This document shows positions 35,047-44,383 of a stretch of DNA of 64,000 nt, in pieces; position 1 is the first letter of the stretch; every line of letters begins with the position of its first letter. The position numbers and the translations under genes were made by a program. Source of the DNA: an uncultured Gemmatimonadales bacterium (GTDB taxonomy: Bacteria > Gemmatimonadota > Gemmatimonadetes > Longimicrobiales > Longimicrobiaceae). The notes beneath the pieces are model-generated. The model was not told where the DNA came from. It did no database searches and saw nothing but the letters and a program-made list of their open reading frames with translations. The stretch lies in contig OY970303.1 of assembly GCA_963716255.1 (NCBI GenBank), positions 2,144,001 to 2,208,000 of the forward strand, given 5' to 3'.

Positions 35047-36423
35047 TCATGCCTCCTCCCCGGGGGCGGGCGCAAAGCCCAGCGCCAGCAGCAGCACCAC
35101 CGTCTCGCCGGTGCCGTGGGCGAAGGGCCAGGTCCCCAGCGACGCGACGGCCAGCGTGGCGAAGGAGCAGAGGAGGGCGAGGCGCAGGCTCCGCGCGGAC
35201 GCCGCGGCGGGCCGGCGCGCGGCGCGCAGCAGGACGCGCAGGCACGCCCCCAGGAAGGCGAGGAAGGCGAGCAGCCCCACGATCCCCGTCTCCGCGGCCA
35301 TCTGCACGTAGGCGTTGTGCGGGGTGGCCTGGTAGTCCCACAGCGTGGTGACCCGGGCCGCGTAGGTCACCACCTGGCCGGCGAAGCCGCCGGGGCCCAC
35401 GCCCAGGACCGGGTGGTCCAGGAACATCTGCACGGCGGTGAGGAAGAGAGCCGCGCGCTGCTCCACCACCCAGTCGCCGACGGTGCGGACGGCGGTGTCG
35501 CTCAGCATCCCCCCGGACCCGGCCTCCACCAGCACGGCGCCCGCCGCCAGCGCGAGCCCCACGCGGAGCGCCGTCCGGGCGTGCCCGGCCAGCGCCATCG
35601 CCGCGACGGCTGCCAGCACGGCCACCCAGCTGGCGCGCGAAAAGGTGGCGACCACCCCCAGCCCCGTGGCGGCCACGGCGATTCCCGCCGCGAAGCGCGC
35701 GAATCCCCGCGACGCCGCCCAGCGGTGCGCCGCCAGGGGAAGGAGCGTCGCCAGGAAGAGCCCCAGCCCGTTGGGCTGGCCGAAGCCCAGGGAGGCGCGG
35801 TGAAAGGGAGTCCCCCAGCGCGGGAAGCTGCCGGGGATCACGCCCACCGCCTGCAGGACCGCCAGAGCGCCGCACGCGCCGGCGATGGCCACCAGCACGT
35901 CCACCAGCGCGCGGCCCAGCGCCGGCCGCTCCGCCAGCTCGTCCGTGCAGGCCACCAGCAGCCACAGCAGCACGGCGAAGTTGAGCGTTTCGCGCGCCGA
36001 AAGGAGCACGTCGTCCGCGAAGGCGGTCGCCAGGACGAACGCGCCCAGCAGGAGCCCGAGCTCGCGGCGGGGGAGGAGCCCCGTGCGGAGCGGCGCGCGG
36101 TCCAGGCCGCGGCGGATCGTCCAGGCGAGCACCGCGCCGGCCGCCACGGGCGCCGCCGCGGCGATGCGCGTGTCCCCCGCGGCGTAGAGCGCGGGGAGCG
36201 GCGCGGCCAGGGCGACGACCAGCGCGGGGCTGAGCAGCCCCGCCGCCATCAGCAGCACCAGGGCGGCCCCGGCGATCCCGCCCCCCGCCAGCCCCAGCAC
36301 GGGCGCGCCCCCGGCCGCGCCCGCCAGGGCGAGCGTCGTCCCCGCGGCGAGCGCGCCGGTGGCCACGAGCGCGAGCGCGATGTCCGCGTCCAGCCGGGCG
36401 GGGCCGGCGAGCGCCGCCCTCAC
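35047..36423 (-). CDS. O-antigen ligase / Wzy polymerase family membrane protein
   Basis: Many TM segments; RASLGFGQPNGLG, TFSRASW, HPVLGVGPGGF, PHNAYVQMAAETGIVG. Confidence 0.85.
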   Translation of the reverse strand: MRAALAGPARLDADIALALVATGALAAGTTLALAGAAGGAPVLGLAGGGIAGAALVLLMAAGLLSPALVVALAAPLPALYAAGDTRIAAAAPVAAGAVLAWTIRRGLDRAPLRTGLLPRRELGLLLGAFVLATAFADDVLLSARETLNFAVLLWLLVACTDELAERPALGRALVDVLVAIAGACGALAVLQAVGVIPGSFPRWGTPFHRASLGFGQPNGLGLFLATLLPLAAHRWAASRGFARFAAGIAVAATGLGVVATFSRASWVAVLAAVAAMALAGHARTALRVGLALAAGAVLVEAGSGGMLSDTAVRTVGDWVVEQRAALFLTAVQMFLDHPVLGVGPGGFAGQVVTYAARVTTLWDYQATPHNAYVQMAAETGIVGLLAFLAFLGACLRVLLRAARRPAAASARSLRLALLCSFATLAVASLGTWPFAHGTGETVVLLLALGFAPAPGEEA

Positions 36424-37538
36424 GACGCCCTCCCGGCCAGGAGCTCGCCGTAGAAGCGCAGCGTGTCCGCGGCCACGCGCGCCTGCGTGAAACAGCGGAG
36501 CACGCGCTCCCGCCCGCGCCGGGCGAGCCGCGCGCGGGCGTCGGCGTCGGCGGCCAGGCGCTCCAGCGCGTCCCGGAGCGCGGCCGCATCCCCCTCGGGG
36601 ACCAGCACGCCCGCGTCGCCCACCACGTGGGGGATCTCGCCGGAGCGCGAGGCGACCACGGGGACGCCGCACGCCATGGCCTCCACCAGGATGCGGCCGA
36701 ACTGCTCGGCCCACCCCCGGGTGGCGAGCGAGGGGAGGGCGAGCGCGTCCAGCGCGCCCAGCCACGCCGGCATCTCCGTGGAGGCCACCCGGCCGCGGAA
36801 CCGCACCCGCTCCGCCGCGCCCAGCTCCCGGGCGAGCGCCGCCAGGCCCGTGCGCTCCGGCCCGTCTCCCGAGACCACCAGCCGCACGCCGGGGAGCGCC
36901 GCCACGGCCCTCACCAGCAGCCGCACCCCCTTCTCCGGCACCAGCCGCCCCCCGAAGCCCACCAGGAACTCGTCCGGAGCGACATCCATCCGCTCGCGGG
37001 CGCAGAGGCGCGCCGCGGGGTCGGGGCGGAAGCGGTCCGCGTCCACGCCGAACTGCGGGACCACCACCAGCGGCCTGCGGTACCCGCCGTCCTCCAGCAC
37101 GCGGGCGGCGGCGGGCGTCCCCGCGATCCCCCCGGCGACGGAGCGGAAGACGCACCGCTGCAGGATCCCGAAGGGCGGGGGGAGGCGCTTGTGCAGGTTC
37201 TGCCAGGCGAAGAACAGCGAGGGGATGCCGCGCCGCCGGCAGAGCCGCGCCGCCTGGAGCGTCACCAGGCTGTAGGGTTCCTCGTCGATGTGGACCAGGT
37301 CCGGGCGCACCCGGTCCAGGACCCCGCCCAGCCCGGGGTAGACGTGGAAGTGGTTGTGGCCGTGGAGCAGGGAGCGCCGGAACTCCAGCGCGCCGCCCTC
37401 CGCGTCCGCGGCCTCCACCCGCTGCAGGCCCCACCGGTCCGGCACCACGGCCACCACCTCCGCGCCGCGGGCCAGCTCGGCCAGCTTGGTGCGGTACTCC
37501 GCCACCACCAGCGCCTTGGAAAGGTACAGGACCCTCAT
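36420..37538 (-). CDS. Glycosyltransferase family 4
   Basis: MRVLYLSKALVV, GRLVPEKG, EQFGRILVEAMACGVPVV. Confidence 0.92.
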   Translation of the reverse strand: MRVLYLSKALVVAEYRTKLAELARGAEVVAVVPDRWGLQRVEAADAEGGALEFRRSLLHGHNHFHVYPGLGGVLDRVRPDLVHIDEEPYSLVTLQAARLCRRRGIPSLFFAWQNLHKRLPPPFGILQRCVFRSVAGGIAGTPAAARVLEDGGYRRPLVVVPQFGVDADRFRPDPAARLCARERMDVAPDEFLVGFGGRLVPEKGVRLLVRAVAALPGVRLVVSGDGPERTGLAALARELGAAERVRFRGRVASTEMPAWLGALDALALPSLATRGWAEQFGRILVEAMACGVPVVASRSGEIPHVVGDAGVLVPEGDAAALRDALERLAADADARARLARRGRERVLRCFTQARVAADTLRFYGELLAGRAS

Positions 37539-38782
37539 GGGGCGCTCCGCGCGCGCAGCAGGAGCACCAGCCCGATGGCCAGCGCGCTCTCCGCGGCCAG
37601 CGAGACCACCGCCGCGCCCGGCGCGCCCCAGCGGGGGATCGCGGCCAGGTTCAGCCCCACGGCGAGCCCGGTGGCCGCCAGGTAGAGCAGGGCGGCGCCC
37701 CGCATGGCGTCGGCGGCGGCGAGCGCGGCCAGCGCGAACATGTTCACGGCCAGGGGGACCACGGCCGGGGCGAGCAGCGCGAGCACGGGGGCGGAGGCGG
37801 CGTAGCCGGGGCCGTACAGCCCCTGGAGGATGGGCACGCGCAGCGCGAAGAGCACCAGGGCCACGGGCGCCGCCGCCGCCGCGAAGCCCACCGCGAGGCG
37901 CAGGACGTCGCCGCGGCGGGCGGCGCCGCCCCGCGACAGCCGCGGGAGGAGCGCCCCGGCCCCGGCCAGCGCCAGCGCCTGGACCACGTCCATGAAGCGG
38001 AGGGCGGCGCCGTAGAGCCCCACCTCCTCCGGGGACCGCCAGCGGGCGAGGAGGAGCACGTCCGCCCGGTAGTAGAGGGTGGTGGCGAGAAAGGCCACGG
38101 CGAAGGGGGCCAGCTTCCGGAGGAGCCCGGCCACGGCGGCGGCGGAGGGGAGCGGGGGACGCCGCACCGCCGGCGGGGCGCACCGCAGCAGCCAGAGCAG
38201 CGCCGCCGCCTGCCCCAGCGGGGCCGCGGCGCACAGCCACGGCAGCTGCCGCGTGGCGACCACCGCGGCGACCCCGGCCGCGCCCGTGACGATCCCCGCC
38301 AGCGCGCTGGCCTGCGTCCACACGTGCATCCGCTCCACGCCCTGGAAGTACGCCGCCAGGTTCTCCGCGAAGGCGCCGACACCGTATCCCGCGGCCAGGA
38401 GCGCCGCGGCGGCGAGCACGGGCGCGGGAAAGCCCAGGAGCGGCCCCGCCGCGGCCAGGACCACGGCCATCAGCGCCACCGTGCCCGCCTTCGCCAGGTG
38501 CGCCGCCGCCACCAGCCGCGGCGCCCCGTGGGGCTCCCGCGCGACCTCGCGAACCAGCAGCGGCTGCATCCCCGCCGTCGCCAGGATGCTCGCCACCACC
38601 GCCACCGCGCCCGCGGTGGCGTAGCGCCCGAACTCCGCGGCGCCCAGGACGCGGGCCGCCGCCACGGCGGCGAGCAGGGTGAAGGAGCGCGGGATGGCGT
38701 ACGCAAGCACCAGCGACGCCGCGTTGGCGGCGAGTAGCGCCCGTCCCGGGGCCACCCGGCCGGCGAGCAGGGTCGCGGGCAC
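37535..38782 (-). CDS. wzx: Wzx-type polysaccharide flippase
   Basis: About 12 TM segments; ARVLGAAEFGRY, LYYRADVLLL, EVGLYGAA, AIPRWGAPGAA. Confidence 0.82.
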   Translation of the reverse strand: MPATLLAGRVAPGRALLAANAASLVLAYAIPRSFTLLAAVAAARVLGAAEFGRYATAGAVAVVASILATAGMQPLLVREVAREPHGAPRLVAAAHLAKAGTVALMAVVLAAAGPLLGFPAPVLAAAALLAAGYGVGAFAENLAAYFQGVERMHVWTQASALAGIVTGAAGVAAVVATRQLPWLCAAAPLGQAAALLWLLRCAPPAVRRPPLPSAAAVAGLLRKLAPFAVAFLATTLYYRADVLLLARWRSPEEVGLYGAALRFMDVVQALALAGAGALLPRLSRGGAARRGDVLRLAVGFAAAAAPVALVLFALRVPILQGLYGPGYAASAPVLALLAPAVVPLAVNMFALAALAAADAMRGAALLYLAATGLAVGLNLAAIPRWGAPGAAVVSLAAESALAIGLVLLLRARSAP

Positions 38783-38785
38783 GCC

Positions 38786-39445
38786 TCAGTCCTCCTGGCC
38801 GCGCAGCACCACCGGCACCGAGCGCAGCAGGATCCGCAGGTCCTGCCCGGCGGAGCGGGTGCGCAGGTACGCCAGCTCCAGGCGCGCCCGCTCCGGGTAC
38901 GGCGGGCGGCGGCGCCCCCGGCTGGTCCACGCCCCGAAGATTCCCGGCGGCGCGGCCAGCAGCTCCTCCACCCCCTCGCCGTAGTGGACCAGCTCGGGCT
39001 CCACCACGGGGCGCGGCCCCACCAGCGACATGGTGCCGGCCAGCACGTTGAACAGCTGGGGGAGCTCGTCCACGTGGGTGCGGCGCAGCCACCGCCCCAC
39101 CGGGGTGACGCGCGGGTCCTCGCCCACGCGCAGCTTGAAGCCGTTGCGGGAGTGGCGCTCCCGGAGCCCGGGGTCCGACTCCAGCCACATCTCGGCGCCG
39201 GGAGTCATGGTGCGCAGCTTCCAGCAGCGGAACGGCCGGCCGCCCACCCCCACGCGGCGGTGCCCGAACAGCACCGGCCGCCCGGACCCGGCCAGCACCA
39301 GGAGCGCGCCCAGGAGCAGGAGCGGCAGGGTGAGCAGGAGGAGGATCCCCGCGCCAAGCACGTCCACGGCGCGCCGGAAGCGGCGCGCCGGAGGGGGGAC
39401 GGCCGGCAGCGGCAGCGTCGGCGGCTGCGCCAGGTTCACCGCCAT
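38786..39445 (-). CDS. Priming polyprenyl-phosphate glycosylphosphotransferase (bacterial sugar transferase)
   Basis: FRCWKLRTM, DPRVTPVGRWLRRTHVDELPQLFNVLAGTMSLVGPRP. Confidence 0.95.
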   Translation of the reverse strand: MAVNLAQPPTLPLPAVPPPARRFRRAVDVLGAGILLLLTLPLLLLGALLVLAGSGRPVLFGHRRVGVGGRPFRCWKLRTMTPGAEMWLESDPGLRERHSRNGFKLRVGEDPRVTPVGRWLRRTHVDELPQLFNVLAGTMSLVGPRPVVEPELVHYGEGVEELLAAPPGIFGAWTSRGRRRPPYPERARLELAYLRTRSAGQDLRILLRSVPVVLRGQED

Positions 39446-41529
39446 GCCTGCTCCGCGGCGCGGGGATCGGACGCGATCACCACCACGCCCGCGGGCCGGA
39501 CGCCCGCCTCGCGCAGGAGCGCGGCGGCGCGCGCCGCGTGCTCGCGGCGGGTGGCGCCGTGGCGCACCACCAGCAGCACCTCCGCCCCGCCCTCCGCGGC
39601 CTCCGCCAGCTCGGCGGCGGCGGCGTAGCGGTCCAGCACGGGCCCCGCCTCCACCGCCGGGCGGGCCCGCGCGTCCCCGGTCTCCGTGTCCGCCTCCTCC
39701 CCCGCCCCCACCCGCGCCGCCGCGGGCACGGGCGGCGCGGGCACGGGTGCCAGCGCGCGGGCAGCCGCGTCGGCGGCGGCCGCGGCGAGGTCGTCCACCG
39801 GGGCCAGGAGCAGCGGGCCCGGCGCCCCGCCCCCGCCGCGCCGCCGCAGGATCGCCCGGCGCTCCGCGGGGGAAAGCCGCACTCCGCCCGCGGCGTCGGC
39901 GAGGAGCACGGCGAGCACCGGCGCGCCCGTCAGCCCGCGCAGCTCGGCGGCGCCGCGCACCGAGCCGTCGGCCCGCTCGGCGAGCGCCATCCCCAGCGCC
40001 CCGAAGGCCACGGCCAGCAGCAGCCCCACGCCCAGCCCCAGCGTCCTGCGGGGCCACACCGGCTTGAACAGGACCTCGGGCGGGTCCACCACCTGCACCG
40101 TGGCGAACGACACCGCGCCGCGCAGCGACTCCTGCCGGAGCCGCTGGTCGGTGAACAGGTACACCTCCGAGAGCTGGCGCAGCGTGCGCTGGCGGCGCCC
40201 CAGCTCGATGGCCTCGCCCGGGGCGCGGGCGAGCGTGGCGTCCAGGGCCCCGCGCTGCGCCTCCAGGAGCCGCACCTCGTCCGCCACGCCGTCACGGTAC
40301 TGGCGCACCAGGGAGCGCAGCGAGGCGTCCAGGTAGGCGATCTGGCGCTCCAGCGCCTGCACCTGCCGGTCCTCGCCGGTGCGCCGCCCGGCCAGCTCCA
40401 GGCGCGCCTGCTCCAGCTTCACCAGGCTCCCCAGGAGCTCCCCGAGCGTGCGGTTCTCCAGGAAGGTGGGATGGGCGATGAGGCCCGCCCACGCCGCCGC
40501 CGGGTCGGACACCCGGGCGAGCCGCGCGAGGACGTCGTCCGTCCGCACCCGCTCCGTGCGCGCCCGCTCCAGCGCCGCGGCCACCTCCGCCTGCCGCTCC
40601 ACGTAGGCCTCGCCCTGCGCCTGGGGCGCCACCAGGCGGGCGTCGCGCTGGAAGCGCTCCATGGCGTCCTCCACCCCCCGCAGCTCGCGCAGCGTCGCGG
40701 CCGCCACGGCGCGCAGCGAATCGGTGGTCTCGCCGCTCTCGCGCCGCTGCAGCTCGCCGCGCAGGGCGGCGTAGCGCCGGGCCGCCGAGCGCACCACCTC
40801 CAGCGCCAGGCCGGGGTCGGGATCGTCGTAGGAGACGCGCACCAGGTTGGCCTCGCGCCGCTTGCGCTCCGCCCCCAGCCGCGCCGCCGTCCGGCGCACC
40901 GCGTCGCCGAAGGCGACGGTCCGCAGCCGGACGGTTTCGGGCGCGCCCGCCCGCCGCGGCCGGAAGGTCGCCGTCACCCCGCCGAAGCTCGCCGCGCGCC
41001 CCGGCGCGAAGTCGCCCACCCGCGCGTCCGTGGGCGCCGTCCGGCGCACCCGCACGCGCCCGTCCGGCAGCCACGTCGCCTCGAAGACCGCCCTGTCCGT
41101 CCCGCGGCCGGCGTCCAGCCGGGCGAACAGCGAGTCGCGGTGCCACCCCCGCGGCGCGTCCAGGGAAACGGCCAGCGCGGCGTCGTCCACCACACCTTCT
41201 ACGACGGTGCGGCTGGCCAGCAGTTCCAGCTCGTTGGCGAACGGGTCGCCCGTCATCTGCTGGAAGAGCGAGAACATCCCCGCCGGGGAGCCGCTCCCGG
41301 CGCCCAGCGACACCCCGCCCACCGGCGCCGGGGCGCCCAGGCGGAGCGACGCCTCCGCCCGCCACACCGGGCGCGCCAGGAGCACCAGCGCGGCGGCAAG
41401 CCCCGCCACCCCCAGGAAGAGGCCCGCGCCCACCGGCCAGCGGCGGCGCAGCGCGGCCGACCACGTGGCCACCACGCCGGGCGCCGGCGGCGCCGGCGGG
41501 AACAGCGACACGCTCGGCCTGCGGCTCAT
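39436..41529 (-). CDS. Wzc/GumC-like polysaccharide co-polymerase with degenerate kinase domain
   Basis: N-terminal TM plus PVWRAEASL, ELELLASRTVVEGVV, coiled coils, VQVVDPP..PVWP, second TM. The C-terminus resembles a BY-kinase end but has no Walker A or Tyr tail. Confidence 0.85.
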   Translation of the reverse strand: MSRRPSVSLFPPAPPAPGVVATWSAALRRRWPVGAGLFLGVAGLAAALVLLARPVWRAEASLRLGAPAPVGGVSLGAGSGSPAGMFSLFQQMTGDPFANELELLASRTVVEGVVDDAALAVSLDAPRGWHRDSLFARLDAGRGTDRAVFEATWLPDGRVRVRRTAPTDARVGDFAPGRAASFGGVTATFRPRRAGAPETVRLRTVAFGDAVRRTAARLGAERKRREANLVRVSYDDPDPGLALEVVRSAARRYAALRGELQRRESGETTDSLRAVAAATLRELRGVEDAMERFQRDARLVAPQAQGEAYVERQAEVAAALERARTERVRTDDVLARLARVSDPAAAWAGLIAHPTFLENRTLGELLGSLVKLEQARLELAGRRTGEDRQVQALERQIAYLDASLRSLVRQYRDGVADEVRLLEAQRGALDATLARAPGEAIELGRRQRTLRQLSEVYLFTDQRLRQESLRGAVSFATVQVVDPPEVLFKPVWPRRTLGLGVGLLLAVAFGALGMALAERADGSVRGAAELRGLTGAPVLAVLLADAAGGVRLSPAERRAILRRRGGGGAPGPLLLAPVDDLAAAAADAAARALAPVPAPPVPAAARVGAGEEADTETGDARARPAVEAGPVLDRYAAAAELAEAAEGGAEVLLVVRHGATRREHAARAAALLREAGVRPAGVVVIASDPRAAEQAWR

Positions 41530-42143
41530 CGGACCACCACGCCGGTGATCGCGGCGGCCAGCACCGAGGCGCCGGCCCCCACCACCACGGGAAGGTTTTC
41601 CCGCAGCCAGCCGCGCGGGCCCACGACGATCTGGTCGCCCGAGAGGAGCTGCTGCGCCAGCGCCGGCCCGCCCGGGGCCAGGCGCATGCGCGTGGTGCGC
41701 CCGTCCCGCACCAGCGACACGCGCCCGGGGCTCCCCGTGGGCGCGATCCCCCCGGCCCGCGCCAGCACCTCGGCGATCTTCTCGGTGGGGTCCACGGGGA
41801 ACAGCCCCGGCTGGCGCACCTCGCCGAGCACCGCGACCCGCACCAGCGGCACCAGCACCACCTCCCGGTCCACCACCAGGCGGGCGTAGCGCGCGCGGGC
41901 CTCCCGCTCCACCTCGCCGAAGGGGCGGCCGGCCACGTCCACCAGGCCGATTTCCGGGAGGAGCACCCGGCCCGGCTCCACCACCGGGAACTCGCCGCTC
42001 AGCGCCGGCTCGTCCTGCACCGCGAGGCGCACGGCGTCGCCGGGGCGCAGGCGCAGCTCGGCGGTGGCGGTGGACGCCTGCGCGGCGGCCGGGGCGGCGC
42101 AGGCGAGGAGGAGCGACGCGGCGAGGCGGAGGATCCGGTCCAT
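41526..42143 (-). CDS. Polysaccharide export protein (Wza-like, Poly_export + SLBB)
   Basis: Signal peptide; LRPGDAVRL, VAVLGEVRQPGLF, VLARAGG, LLSGDQIVV. Confidence 0.88.
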   Translation of the reverse strand: MDRILRLAASLLLACAAPAAAQASTATAELRLRPGDAVRLAVQDEPALSGEFPVVEPGRVLLPEIGLVDVAGRPFGEVEREARARYARLVVDREVVLVPLVRVAVLGEVRQPGLFPVDPTEKIAEVLARAGGIAPTGSPGRVSLVRDGRTTRMRLAPGGPALAQQLLSGDQIVVGPRGWLRENLPVVVGAGASVLAAAITGVVVR

Positions 42144-42183
42144 GGGGGGTCTCGGTGCCGGGCGTGGGAGAGCGGGCCGTCCA

Positions 42184-42244
42184 GCCAATCCGCGCAGGGC
42201 CGGGCCCGGTTCCCGGGAACGATGCGCCGCCCGGACGGATTGGC
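42184..42244. promoter_or_regulatory. Back-to-back divergent ECF-type promoters
   Basis: Central palindrome gttcccgggaac (42209-42220) gives GGAAC on both strands, each followed by CGGATTGGC after 15 nt (plus) or 16 nt (minus). Confidence 0.65.
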
Positions 42245-42250
42245 GGGGGC

Positions 42251-43975
42251 ATGGCCCACCCCGACGTGCTCCCCCTCTGGCGCGTGCTCCGCGCCCACCC
42301 CCGCCGCTCGGCCGGCGTGACCGCGCTGCTGGCGCTGGCCGGCGCCGCCGAGGGGTTCGGCCTGCTGACGCTGCTCCCGCTGCTGGAATCGGTGGGCGCG
42401 GGCGCCGACGGCTCCACCCGCGGGGGCCGCGCCGTCCTCGCGGCGCTGCACCGCCTGGGGGCCGCGCCCTCGCCGGGCGTGCTTGTCGCCGCCGTGGGGC
42501 TGGCGCTGTTCGCAAAGGCAGCGTTCCGCTGGCTGGCCATGGCGCGGGTGGGCTCGTCGGTCGCGGACGTCGCGGCCGGACTGCGGCTGCGCCTGCTGCG
42601 CGCCCTACTCGCCGCCCGCTGGAGCCACTTCGCCGGGCTCCCCGCGGGGCACGCCGCCGCCAGCCTCGCCCGGGACGCCTCCTGGGCCGCCTTCGCCTAC
42701 AGGGACGCGTGCGCCACGCTGGCCGCCGCGATCCAGCTCGCCGTGTACGCCGCCGCCGCGATGCTGGTGTCGTGGAAGCTGGGGCTGCTTGCGCTCGCGG
42801 CGGGGGTGGCCGTGAGCGCGCCGCTGGTGCTGTGGGTGCGGGTGAGCCGCGACGCGGGCGTGCTGCAGACCCGCCACGCGCAGGCGCTGGTGACCCGGGT
42901 GGTGGACGTGCTCCAGGCCATCAAGCCCATCAAGGCAATGGGGCGGGAGGGCGCGTACCTGGCCGGGCTCGCGGCGGAAACCGAGTCGCTGCGCGCCGCG
43001 GAGACCCGGCACGTGCGGGCCACCGAAGCGCTCCGCGCCCTGCAGGAGCCGCTGCTGGCCGTGCTCCTCCTGGGGACGCTCTTCGCCGCGCTGGCGTGGG
43101 GCGGCCAGGCGCTGTCCACCCTGCTGGTGCTCGCGGTGCTCTTCCAGCGGATGGTGGGGCGCTTCCAGGCCGTGCAGTCCGAGTACCAGGCCATGACGGC
43201 CGCGTCCAGCGCGTACGCCGCCGTGGAAGCGCAGATCGCCGAGGCGGAGCGGCGCCGCGCGCCGGCCGGGGGGACCGCCGCCGCGCCGCCGCTCGCGGTG
43301 GGGATCGAGCTGGACCGCGTGCGCTTCCGTCACGGCGGGCGGCCGGTGCTGGAGGACGTCTCGCTGTTCGTCCCCGCCGGCTCGTTCGTGGCCGTGGTCG
43401 GCGCTTCGGGCGCCGGCAAGACCACGCTGCTGGACCTGCTCGCCGGGCTGCGCGAGCCCGACGCCGGGGAGGTGCGCGTGGACGGCGTCCCGCTGGCGGC
43501 CATCGACCCGGCCGGCTGGCGCCGCCGCCTGGGCTACGTCCCGCAGGAGAGCGTGCTGCTGCACGAGAGCGTGCTCGCCAACGTGCTCCTGCGCGACCCG
43601 GATCTTGGGGAGCGCGACGCCGAGCGCGCGATCGCGCAGGCCGGCGCGGGGGAGCTGGTGGCGTCGCTGCCGGAGGGGCTGCGGACCCGGGTGGGCGAGC
43701 GGGGGCTGCGCCTTTCCGGCGGCGAGCGGCGGCGCGTGGCGCTGGCCCGCGCGCTCGTGGGCCGCCCTCGCCTGCTGCTGCTGGACGAGGCGACGGCGGA
43801 GCTGGACCCGGCCTCCGCGGCGGCGATCGGGCGCACGCTGCGCTCCCTGCGCGGGCGTGTCACCCTGGTCGCCGTCACGCACCACCCCGAGCTTGCCGCC
43901 GCCGCCGACGCGGTCTACGCGCTTTCGGATGGCCGTCTGGTTTCTGTGCGCGTCGCGGAGGGCGTGTCTGTGTGA
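42251..43975 (+). CDS. ABC exporter, fused permease + ATPase
   Basis: N-terminal TM domain; Walker A GASGAGKTT, YVPQE, LSGGERRR, LLLLDEAT, VTHH. Confidence 0.93.
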   Translation: MAHPDVLPLWRVLRAHPRRSAGVTALLALAGAAEGFGLLTLLPLLESVGAGADGSTRGGRAVLAALHRLGAAPSPGVLVAAVGLALFAKAAFRWLAMARVGSSVADVAAGLRLRLLRALLAARWSHFAGLPAGHAAASLARDASWAAFAYRDACATLAAAIQLAVYAAAAMLVSWKLGLLALAAGVAVSAPLVLWVRVSRDAGVLQTRHAQALVTRVVDVLQAIKPIKAMGREGAYLAGLAAETESLRAAETRHVRATEALRALQEPLLAVLLLGTLFAALAWGGQALSTLLVLAVLFQRMVGRFQAVQSEYQAMTAASSAYAAVEAQIAEAERRRAPAGGTAAAPPLAVGIELDRVRFRHGGRPVLEDVSLFVPAGSFVAVVGASGAGKTTLLDLLAGLREPDAGEVRVDGVPLAAIDPAGWRRRLGYVPQESVLLHESVLANVLLRDPDLGERDAERAIAQAGAGELVASLPEGLRTRVGERGLRLSGGERRRVALARALVGRPRLLLLDEATAELDPASAAAIGRTLRSLRGRVTLVAVTHHPELAAAADAVYALSDGRLVSVRVAEGVSV

Positions 43976-44010
43976 GGCGGGTTCGAACGGCTACTGATCA
44001 CGGCGGGGTT

Positions 44011-44140
44011 GGGCGTGCCCCCGGCTGGCGCCGGGGTCGGGCTTCGGCTCCGTAGCAGACGAAACGACCGTCTGCAACGGAGTCGAGCCCCGGCAAACTG
44101 CCGCCGGGTCTCGCCCCTTCGGGCCGAAATCCCTCACGCG
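44011..44140 (-). repeat. ~130-bp structured repeat, copy 3 (inverted)
   Basis: Reverse complement of copies 1/4/5; variable stem identical to copy 4. Confidence 0.9.
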
Positions 44141-44189
44141 GGTTTCGCGCTGGCGTCCACTGGGGCCCCCACCCGGCTCGCTTGAGGCT

Positions 44190-44375
44190 CGCCACCCTCC
44201 CCCAATTCTGGGGGAGGGCTTCCTGTCGGTCCGGGATCGTCGCCGTTGCCGTTGCGATCTGCGCCGGGAGGCCGGAAGAGCCTCCCCCGGCCGACCCCAT
44301 AGCCCGGAGCCCCTCGAAGCGCACCGTCGTGCGCCCCCTCCCCCCTTGCGGGGGAGGGGTCCGGGGGGATGGGGC
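44190..44375. repeat. REP-like C/G-rich palindromes
   Basis: ccctcccccaattctgggggaggg and ccccctccccccttgcgggggaggggtccgggggatggggc; related element at 51961-52013. Confidence 0.6.
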
Positions 44376-44383
44376 GCCGCCCC

